From contig JBPXJQ010000004.1 of NCBI GenBank assembly GCA_051715345.1, forward strand, positions 1-25,018: a stretch of DNA of 25,018 nt. Reading direction: 5' to 3'. The translations under genes and the position numbers were made by a program. This DNA is from Candidatus Blackallbacteria bacterium (GTDB taxonomy: Bacteria > Cyanobacteriota > Sericytochromatia > UBA7694). The notes under the pieces were generated by a model. The model saw nothing but the letters and a program-made list of their open reading frames with translations, was not told the origin of the DNA and ran no database searches. Shown piece by piece: positions 7,067 to 14,528 of this stretch (positions are counted from its first letter, which is position 1; each line of letters starts with the position of its first letter).

Positions 7067-8095
7067 CTAGGCCAGTCCGCTTTGCTTGTATCGGCCCGAT
7101 TGGGCCACATAGTCAAAATTGGGCAACGTACTCGGCTCCCCAATCGCTTCACGCAAGAGTCCCAAGACCTGCCCTGAAAGCGGATTGGTTTTGCCCAGGG
7201 CGATGGGGATGTCTTCGCTGCCATAACCAGGCCCGACATTAAAACGGGTGATCAAAAATCCAGTGGCATCATGGCGCATGGCATGGCGCAGGCCAGAGTC
7301 AAAACGGCCCACCAGCGGCACTTCTTTGGCACCGGGGCCCGGAATGCCCCCGGTGGGATTCATGGCCATGGCCTCTTCGGCCGAGATCACCCCACCCGTC
7401 AGCGCTTCGACAATAGCCCCATATTGTTTGTGCTGGTTGCAGCCATAATAGCCCTTTTCAATGGCCAAGGGCAGATCGCGCACGGCCTCTGGGTGTTTAT
7501 ACGCGTTTTCTTTTAAAGTGTGGATTTCTTGGGGGGTCATTTTGGCAAAATCGCTCATCACCAAGACGGCGTCATCTGCCAGGCTGCGGTCAAATTCCGA
7601 TTCTGGCACGGCAATATTGCGTGCGGCCAAGGCTTTAAAATCCGTGAGAATTCCACTTTTTTCAATCGCTGAAGCATCGCGCAGAATGCTTGGGAAACGG
7701 CAGCCATGCACGTCTTCTGAGCGCATCAAAGTTTGAACCAGGGCCTGGTCACTTAAATGCGACAAAGACACACCGCCCGTGGGCCCTGTACCACTGATGA
7801 CTGCCAGAGCATGGGCCAAGCCTCTGGGAATGGGAATTGTTGAGGCGTTTTCAAGCATTTTTTCGGAAGAGGTATTTTCGATTTTGTGGTGAATTTCTGC
7901 ATTTGCAGGCAATGAGTCCTGTTCCGCAGCAGGCGTTGAAAAGGCCTTGGGATTCGCTTTTGCCACTGGGGTCTCACTGGCATGGGCCTGAGGGGCAGCG
8001 GTTTTTTCTGGGCCAGAAGGCGGTTTGATGGCAGGGGGAGCTGAGACGCTGAGGGCCTGAGGAACAGGAGAGGGGGTGCCAGAAACGAGACTCAT
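7067..8095 (-). CDS. Hypothetical protein with a Pro/Ala-rich N-terminal region (about 90 aa) and an unrecognised C-terminal domain
   Basis: 342-aa ORF with no signal peptide and no clear RBS. I recognise no conserved motifs. Confidence 0.55.
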   Translation of the reverse strand: MSLVSGTPSPVPQALSVSAPPAIKPPSGPEKTAAPQAHASETPVAKANPKAFSTPAAEQDSLPANAEIHHKIENTSSEKMLENASTIPIPRGLAHALAVISGTGPTGGVSLSHLSDQALVQTLMRSEDVHGCRFPSILRDASAIEKSGILTDFKALAARNIAVPESEFDRSLADDAVLVMSDFAKMTPQEIHTLKENAYKHPEAVRDLPLAIEKGYYGCNQHKQYGAIVEALTGGVISAEEAMAMNPTGGIPGPGAKEVPLVGRFDSGLRHAMRHDATGFLITRFNVGPGYGSEDIPIALGKTNPLSGQVLGLLREAIGEPSTLPNFDYVAQSGRYKQSGLA

Positions 8096-8163
8096 CTGTG
8101 CATTTTGCTCTTTTTTATTTGTATTTAATTCAACTGATAATTATCTTAGCATTTTGCATGGGC

Positions 8164-8195
8164 AAAATCTATGTTTAAAATCTATGTTTAAAAAA
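8164..8195. repeat. Tandem direct repeat AAAATCTATGTTT x2 between the terminator and the start of the 7067..8095 gene
   Basis: The sequence aaaatctatgttt aaaatctatgttt aaaaaa is a candidate promoter or operator repeat. Confidence 0.5.
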
Positions 8196-8222
8196 CAAGG
8201 CCCGTGAAATAATTCACGGGCC
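8191..8222 (-). terminator. Rho-independent terminator for the minus-strand operon ending at 8245
   Basis: A 10-bp stem GGCCCGTGAA / TTCACGGGCC with loop ATAA lies at 8199-8222. It is followed on the minus strand by TTGTTTTTT. Confidence 0.75.
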
Positions 8223-8244
8223 TCAAAGACAATTAAATCCCTGA

Positions 8245-9258
8245 TTAACTGGGACTGGGTTGGGGTATCATATCCGGTTGAACCGTGGGTTTAAGCGTGG
8301 GTTTGGCCGAAGAACCGCTTTCTGCCGTCGAGGTGGGCGCCGGTGCCTCTTTGGCCGTCTCGGGTATAATCGTGCTAAAGCCGATTCCCACCAGCAGAAT
8401 CACCAGACAGGTCCACTGTAATTTGGAGATATGCTCTTTTAAGATCATGGCAGCAAAGCCCAAAGTCACCAACGGGTAAGCGCCGGTAATCGGAGCCACC
8501 AGCGAGGCCGGACCTGTGCTGGAGGCAATAATCACGCCCAAATCTCCCCCGGCCATCATGGCCATCGGCAAAAACGAATGCAAAAAAGGCGTTTGAGCCA
8601 CCAATTGCACCTGACCATCAGCTGACTTTTTGCTGTGACCTTTGAGCACACCATACAGACCCAGGGTCATCAGGCCGCCCATGGTCGCATATATGGCCAT
8701 ATTCGACTCACTCGCGCCGGGCAAGGAATAAGAATAGCGCAACAGGGTCTGAGCCGCACCCCAACAGGTTAGAGCCGTTAAAGCCAGCGGAATCCAGCGC
8801 CGATTGGTGACTTTGCCATCGGGATCGGGAGGCGAATAAGACAGGCCCAAACAGCCGAAGATCACCATGGCGACGCCCATGTACTGCTGCCCAATTAAGG
8901 ACTCTTTGAGAAAGATCTGGGCAAAGAGCAAGGTCAGCGCCGGGTAAGCGGCTGAGAGTGTGCCCACAATTGTGATTGGGCCGAGTACAATCGACTCAAA
9001 ATAGAGGATCCAGCCCAACCCGTCGAGAATATACGCCAAGATGCCCACCAGCATAAAGCTCATGCCCTCTGCGGTAAATAGCGGTGGATGGGGCATGAAG
9101 ATAAAATAGCCCAAATTGACCACGGTGCGGGCCAAAATGAGAAAGAGGCAGAATTTGGCGGGGGGAACGTCTTCACTCCATTTTTTGACCAAACCCTGGC
9201 CAAAGCCGTAGAGAAAAAGCGTAATAAACGCCGGAATCATCCAGATTGAATTTGTCAT
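8245..9258 (-). CDS. Polytopic membrane protein, EamA/DMT-superfamily-like transporter with a Pro/Ser/Thr-rich C-terminal tail
   Basis: About 10 hydrophobic segments arranged as two repeats. Its start is 7 bp from the ALDH stop, consistent with an operon. Confidence 0.65.
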   Translation of the reverse strand: MTNSIWMIPAFITLFLYGFGQGLVKKWSEDVPPAKFCLFLILARTVVNLGYFIFMPHPPLFTAEGMSFMLVGILAYILDGLGWILYFESIVLGPITIVGTLSAAYPALTLLFAQIFLKESLIGQQYMGVAMVIFGCLGLSYSPPDPDGKVTNRRWIPLALTALTCWGAAQTLLRYSYSLPGASESNMAIYATMGGLMTLGLYGVLKGHSKKSADGQVQLVAQTPFLHSFLPMAMMAGGDLGVIIASSTGPASLVAPITGAYPLVTLGFAAMILKEHISKLQWTCLVILLVGIGFSTIIPETAKEAPAPTSTAESGSSAKPTLKPTVQPDMIPQPSPS

Positions 9259-9265
9259 AGCGGGT

Positions 9266-10747
9266 CTAATACCAGCCCATGGGCCCTTCGGTCAGGTTGA
9301 TATGCAGCTGTTTGGTTTCGAGGAAATTCTCGACGCCATATTTGCCCAATTCACGGCCCGTGCCACTCTGTTTATAACCACCCCAAGGTGCTTCACAATA
9401 GGTGGGCTGCATGTGGTTGACCCAGAAAATCCCCGCCCGCACCGCTTTGGAGACCCGCATCGCTTTGAAGATATCGCGGGTCCAGACAGCCCCCGCCAAG
9501 CCATAAGGGGTGTCATTGGCAATCGCAATGGCCTCTGCCTCGTCTTCAAAGGGGATCACGGCAGCCACCGGCCCAAAGATCTCCTCACGCGCAATGGTCA
9601 TCTGGTTATTGACCTGGGCAAAAATGGCAGGGCTGACAAAAAAGCCCTTGGCCAAATCGCCGCCGAGGCGTTCGCCACCAAAGACCAGTTGAGCGCCTTC
9701 GGCTTTGCCTTTGGCGATATACCCCAGCACGCGGTTGAGATGTTCTTCGCTGACCAAAGCGCCGAGTTTGTTTTCGGGGTTCATGCCCGGACCAACCTGG
9801 ATGGTTTTACATTTTTCGACCATGGCGGCGACAAATTTTTCGTAAATGGATTTTTGCACCAAAATCCGTGAGCCCGCTGAACAGACCTCTCCCTGATTGA
9901 CAAAACAGGCAAAGAGCGCGTTTTCGACTCCGGCTTCAAAGTCGCAATCTTCGAAGAAAATATTGGGCGATTTGCCGCCGAGTTCGAGGCTGACCTTTTT
10001 TAAATTGCTGTCTGCAGCTGCTTTCATGATCAGACGGCCCACTTCGGTCGAACCTGTAAAAGCCACTTTGTCGACCTCGTGATTTTCCGCCAATTCTGCG
10101 CCGACTTCTTCGCCCAGGCCGGTGACAATATTGACCACCCCTTTGGGCAATTCTTCAATGCCATCAAGGATTTTTGCCAATTCCAGCACACTCAATGGGG
10201 TGGTTTCGGCAGGTTTGAGCACCATGGTACAGCCTGCGGCCAGGGCCGGGGCCAATTTCCAGGCAGCCATCAGCAGGGGATAATTCCAGGGCACAATCAA
10301 GCCGCACACACCCACAGGCTCTTTGATCGACATGCTCACCGCATTGTCGGGCACAGGATTGACCTCGCCGTAGATCTTGGTGGCCCAACCACCAAAATAT
10401 TCAAAACAGGTAGCAGCATCCCCCAAATCGTATTCGGATTCAAACAGGGGTTTGCCCATGTTCAGGGTTTCGAGTTCGGCCAGTTCTGCGGCTTTTTCGC
10501 GCAGGGCAGCGGCAATTTTAAACAACACAGTGGCGCGTTGAATGCCTGTGGCCTGTCGCCATTCACCAGAGTCAAACGCTGCACGGGCGGCACTGATGGC
10601 GGACTGCATGTCTTGGCGGGTGGCTTGGGGAACTTGGGCCAGCACCTCTCCATTGGCGGGGTTGATAATATCCATCAACACAGAACCCGCCCCGGTGGTA
10701 AATTCACCCCCAATATACATCGGCACAGTTGTTAGCTCAGTATTCAT
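9266..10747 (-). CDS. NAD(P)+-dependent aldehyde dehydrogenase
   Basis: ALDH Glu active-site motif LELGGKSP, Cys active-site motif FVNQGEVCSAGSR, and FTGSTEVG. I prefer the start at MNTELTT, the ATG at 10745-10747, over the longer ORF starting at 10822. Confidence 0.9.
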   Translation of the reverse strand: MNTELTTVPMYIGGEFTTGAGSVLMDIINPANGEVLAQVPQATRQDMQSAISAARAAFDSGEWRQATGIQRATVLFKIAAALREKAAELAELETLNMGKPLFESEYDLGDAATCFEYFGGWATKIYGEVNPVPDNAVSMSIKEPVGVCGLIVPWNYPLLMAAWKLAPALAAGCTMVLKPAETTPLSVLELAKILDGIEELPKGVVNIVTGLGEEVGAELAENHEVDKVAFTGSTEVGRLIMKAAADSNLKKVSLELGGKSPNIFFEDCDFEAGVENALFACFVNQGEVCSAGSRILVQKSIYEKFVAAMVEKCKTIQVGPGMNPENKLGALVSEEHLNRVLGYIAKGKAEGAQLVFGGERLGGDLAKGFFVSPAIFAQVNNQMTIAREEIFGPVAAVIPFEDEAEAIAIANDTPYGLAGAVWTRDIFKAMRVSKAVRAGIFWVNHMQPTYCEAPWGGYKQSGTGRELGKYGVENFLETKQLHINLTEGPMGWY

Positions 10748-10864
10748 CTCGAAATCCCTCGTTTTAATGTTTTTACACCTATTCATCTTACCGGGGGGCA
10801 GGTGCCTTGTCCATATCCGCAAAAACAGATTATTTAAGCGGAATCAGACGCTTTGAAGCGGCAT

Positions 10865-11869
10865 TTAGGACTTTAATGCATCCAAGAACGCGTCTTCTCG
10901 CTCGGGAGAGAGACCGGTTTGCGGAATCGGCCAGCCCAGCGCCGCATAATAATCGCGACAAATGGCCATACTCTCTGCAAAGGCGGTAAATGCACCCGCA
11001 AAATCCCTTTGCAATTGCGCGTTTTCAAACGTGCGTTCAAAGGGAAGTGTCAGGGGCAAATCCATCCAATAGTGGATTTCCTGTTTTTCCAGCCATTCAG
11101 CACTGACAGGACAGAGCTGCGGAGCAGAAACGTCCGAGGCGCGCATGGCTTCAAAGATCTCAGCCAAAGACAGGGGGGAATGGGTCAGGGCCAAATAGAC
11201 CGCTTCGGGGATGTGGTTTAAAAACAGGGCCGTTTCGAGGACGCGGGCGAAGTCCAGGGCAAAGGTCAGCTGGGAACGCAGGCCCAGAGTATCGGGTACC
11301 AACAGGTTTTGGCGAAGATTCTGGCGCCACAGCCAATAATAGGCCCGGTCAGTTGGGTCGTAAGGCCCATAGATCAGGCCGGGCCGAAAGATCACGGGGT
11401 TGAATTCAGGAAAGGCCTGAACTGCCGCTTCACAGGCAGCTTTGCGTTGGCCATAAGTCAGCATTGAGCGGTCTGTTTCATCGGCTTCGGTCCAGCTCAA
11501 AATCGGGCTTTGGGCTGTGATGGGTTCGTTGGCACTGAAGCTATCCAAGTCATAGACAGAAATCGTCGAGACAAAGATATAGCGCAGATGCTCCTGATTG
11601 TTTTTTTGCAAGGCACTTAAAAAGGCCTGCAGCGAACGCGGATAATAGCCCGAGAAATCGACAATGGCATCCCAATTTTCTTGGGCCAAGGGCAAGAGTC
11701 CTTCCGCTTCGCGGTCCCCATGCACGTGCCGAAACCCAGGAAAGAGACCGGGGTTGGTTTTGCCCCTGTGAAAGAGAGTCACATTGAAATCATCGCGTTT
11801 TTCCAAACGTTCACAGAGATGCCGACCAACAAATTGGGTGCCACCTAAAATTAAGACTTTTTTTTGCAT
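10865..11869 (-). CDS. NAD-dependent epimerase/dehydratase (extended SDR) family protein
   Basis: Rossmann motif MQKKVLILGGTQFVGRHL at the N-terminus. The start is 5 bp from the DUF1801 stop. Confidence 0.8.
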   Translation of the reverse strand: MQKKVLILGGTQFVGRHLCERLEKRDDFNVTLFHRGKTNPGLFPGFRHVHGDREAEGLLPLAQENWDAIVDFSGYYPRSLQAFLSALQKNNQEHLRYIFVSTISVYDLDSFSANEPITAQSPILSWTEADETDRSMLTYGQRKAACEAAVQAFPEFNPVIFRPGLIYGPYDPTDRAYYWLWRQNLRQNLLVPDTLGLRSQLTFALDFARVLETALFLNHIPEAVYLALTHSPLSLAEIFEAMRASDVSAPQLCPVSAEWLEKQEIHYWMDLPLTLPFERTFENAQLQRDFAGAFTAFAESMAICRDYYAALGWPIPQTGLSPEREDAFLDALKS

Positions 11870-11874
11870 TTGCT

Positions 11875-12297
11875 TTACCCTTGTTCTGGATAGCGTTGGG
11901 CCATATAGGCCAAGGATTCCCGGATCAGTTCAGTCAAAACATCCAGATCGACATCTGAAAGGCGGCGCAAATAGAGGCAAGACTTGCCCGTTTTGAATTT
12001 GCCCAATTTTTGCATCAGGGTTTCAAAGCGTTCAAAACCCGGTGTGATATACAGGGTCAATTTTTGCTTTTGGGGGGCAAAACCCACCCGGAAGGCCTTG
12101 CCTGAGTGACCACTTGCATAGTGGTAATGATACACGCCAAATCCGACCATTTTGCCCCAGAGCACAGCCGGTTGCCCCGACAGTTCCGCCATGATTTGCA
12201 TCAGCTGCAATGTGTCTGCATGCTGTTGTGGATCTGGCAAGGCAGCCAAAAAATCGTCAACTGAGTTTTCTGTGGCTTGGGTTTTGAGTTCGGCCAT
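11875..12297 (-). CDS. DUF1801 (YdhG-like) domain protein
   Basis: VDDFLAALPDPQQHADTLQLMQIMAEL... is typical of the YdhG/DUF1801 family, and the 140-aa size fits. It is the first gene of the minus-strand operon. Confidence 0.7.
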   Translation of the reverse strand: MAELKTQATENSVDDFLAALPDPQQHADTLQLMQIMAELSGQPAVLWGKMVGFGVYHYHYASGHSGKAFRVGFAPQKQKLTLYITPGFERFETLMQKLGKFKTGKSCLYLRRLSDVDLDVLTELIRESLAYMAQRYPEQG

Positions 12298-12443
12298 GGC
12301 TGTGACTCCTTAAGTGAATCTTGTTTGAATCAGATTGCAAATCAATACGCCAGTATACATTTTTGCCTGCCAGTTAAAAAGAGCCGTTGTGGGGATTAAA
12401 AAAAATTGTCTGAAAAGGCAAGTTTTCAAAAGTTAAGGATATA

Positions 12444-12458
12444 TTAAAATTATATTAA
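12444..12458 (+). promoter_or_regulatory. Shared 15-mer TTAAAATTATATTAA, copy 2, 29 nt upstream of the lipoprotein start at 12488
   Basis: Exact 15/15 match to 3452..3466. Confidence 0.5.
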
Positions 12459-12487
12459 TTTAAAATAATCCTCTGAGGTCATGTTCC

Positions 12488-13081
12488 ATGTTTCGCCGTC
12501 TTGCTCCCCTTTCATGTCTGCTCTTGACAGCCTGTGCCAGCCAATTGCCGCTGAATCTCGCTTCCCAGTCAAGTTTGCAGGCCCAATCTGCCGTTTCTGT
12601 GAAAAGTACGGCAGGCGCATTGGCTTTGATCGAAGAGATGGCTCATGCACAGCCCCCAGAATATGCGCGGATCGAAGCGGCCTTCCAAATTGAGATCAGC
12701 CGATCCACCCGTCCATCACTCAAAAAGATTTTGGCCCAAGCCGCAGAAAGCATGGTCCACCATCCAATTGCGGATCCCGATCCGCGCAAACATCCCGTCG
12801 CCAAATTGGTGCGTTTGGCATCCTGGCGCTACAATTGGCTGATGGGTGAAAACCTGATCTCGCGTGTATTTGAGCTTTTTGCCTTGGTCTATGCAACGCC
12901 AGAACAGCAGCCCGCTTTGACCCAGGCGTTTGAAATCCGGATTCGCAATACGCCCAAATTGGATGTCAATCTCTTGCTCACAGATTTTAAAGCAGGCTAT
13001 TACGACGATCTGCTGCCCGTCGGCAGTCCACTGCGGGTCAAACTCGAAACCCTCTTGAAAGACCGTTTGGCGGCCCGTTAA
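12488..13081 (+). CDS. Hypothetical lipoprotein
   Basis: MFRRLAPLSCLLLTACAS gives a signal with an LTAC lipobox. An RBS GAGG lies 9 nt upstream. An ATG at 12481 in another frame gives a short ORF with no signal and was not chosen. Confidence 0.65.
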   Translation: MFRRLAPLSCLLLTACASQLPLNLASQSSLQAQSAVSVKSTAGALALIEEMAHAQPPEYARIEAAFQIEISRSTRPSLKKILAQAAESMVHHPIADPDPRKHPVAKLVRLASWRYNWLMGENLISRVFELFALVYATPEQQPALTQAFEIRIRNTPKLDVNLLLTDFKAGYYDDLLPVGSPLRVKLETLLKDRLAAR

Positions 13082-13243
13082 TTCAGCCAAGGCTTTTGAA
13101 GCACTGCATAAAGGGCTGAAGCTGTCTATTCACACTCATTTCCCCATTTTTGACGGCTTGGATTTTTGTGTGATTTCTGCTTGCCCGAGGGGGTTCATGG
13201 TAGAATGATTCACCTGAAAATGGATTTTAAAAGAGGCTCAAAG

Positions 13244-14518
13244 ATGAAAGAGGTTGTTATTGTTGCCGGCCTGCGCACTCCCTTTGTCAAAGCAGGTGGG
13301 GCATTTAAAGATTTGGCGGCCTATGATTTAACCGCCCGGCTGATTCGCGAAATGATGCTCAGATTGGATTTTCCCACTGATACCATCGAAGAAGTGATCA
13401 TTGGCAATGTGATTCAAGGTGTTGAAACTGCCAATATGGCGCGCATTTCAGCCATCTTGGGCGGTCTGCCCAACCATGTGCCCGCTTATACGGTCAACCG
13501 CAACTGCGCATCCGGCATGGAGGCCATCAGCCAGGCCTTCGACAAAATCCGCCATGGCCATGCCAAAGTGATCCTGGCAGGTGGCGCTGAGTCCATGAGC
13601 AGCATTCCCGTTTTCAGCTATAGCTCAGAACTCACAGATATCCTGGTCGGTGCCGCCAAAGCCAAAACCCCGGCCCAGCGCCTGCAATTGCTCTCACAAA
13701 TGCGGCCCCAATTCCTCAAACCCAACGTGATCAACCAAAACGATCCCTTGATTGACATGACCATGGGCCAAACTGCTGAAATCCTGGTGCGCGACTTTGG
13801 CATCACCCGTCAAGAACAAGACGAATTTGCCCTGCGCAGCCACCTGCGCGCGGTGGGAGCCAAAGCCAAATTGGCCGAAGAGATTCTGCCCATTTTAATT
13901 GCCGACAATGGCAAAGGCACAGCAGTGACCGAAGACATTGGCCCCCGTGAAGACGCCAAATTGGAGAGTTTGCTCAAACTCAAACCGGCTTTCGACAAAG
14001 AGTTTGGCTCGGTCACAGCAGGCAATGCCTCACCGATCACCGATGGTGCAGCCGTGGTGCTGGTGATGGAAGCTGAACTGGCCAAATCCATGGGTCTGGA
14101 GCCGCTGGGCTATATCCGCAGTTTTGCCTATGCCGGGCTCGAAGCCCAGCGCATGGGACTCGGCCCCTCGTATGCCACCCCCAAAGCATTGGAATTGGGC
14201 AAAGCAAAATTCTCAGATCTCGAACTCTATGAATTTAACGAGGCTTTTGCCGCCCAAGTAATCGCCAACGAACGGGCCTTCGCCTCAAAAGACTTTGCAG
14301 CCAAACTTGGTCTGAAAGCCCCGATCGGTGAGATTGACCGCGAGCGTTTGAATGTCAATGGCGGAGCCATTGCCTTGGGGCATCCCCTCGGGGCCTCTGG
14401 CGCCCGACTGGTGCTGACCCTGCTCAAAGAAATGGGGCGGCGCGATCTCTCAATGGGCCTGGCCTCGCTCTGTATTGGTGGCGGCCAAGGCGCAGCCTTT
14501 ATTCTGGAGCGGAAATAG
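13244..14518 (+). CDS. fadA: 3-ketoacyl-CoA thiolase / acetyl-CoA acetyltransferase (FadA/FadI-like)
   Basis: Thiolase motifs NRNCASGMEAI, NVNGGAIALGHPLGASGARL and CIGGGQGAAF. The RBS AAGAGG lies before the ATG at 13244. Confidence 0.9.
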   Translation: MKEVVIVAGLRTPFVKAGGAFKDLAAYDLTARLIREMMLRLDFPTDTIEEVIIGNVIQGVETANMARISAILGGLPNHVPAYTVNRNCASGMEAISQAFDKIRHGHAKVILAGGAESMSSIPVFSYSSELTDILVGAAKAKTPAQRLQLLSQMRPQFLKPNVINQNDPLIDMTMGQTAEILVRDFGITRQEQDEFALRSHLRAVGAKAKLAEEILPILIADNGKGTAVTEDIGPREDAKLESLLKLKPAFDKEFGSVTAGNASPITDGAAVVLVMEAELAKSMGLEPLGYIRSFAYAGLEAQRMGLGPSYATPKALELGKAKFSDLELYEFNEAFAAQVIANERAFASKDFAAKLGLKAPIGEIDRERLNVNGGAIALGHPLGASGARLVLTLLKEMGRRDLSMGLASLCIGGGQGAAFILERK

Positions 14519-14528
14519 GAGCAAGCCC

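Noticed and set aside
13174-13206. A possible sigma70 promoter for the thiolase/fadB operon, with -10 TAGAAT at 13201-13206.
   Set aside because: The -10 is plausible, but I could not find a convincing -35 at 16-19 bp spacing. TTGCCC is 14 bp away and TTCTGC is 21 bp away. I therefore did not list it as a feature.
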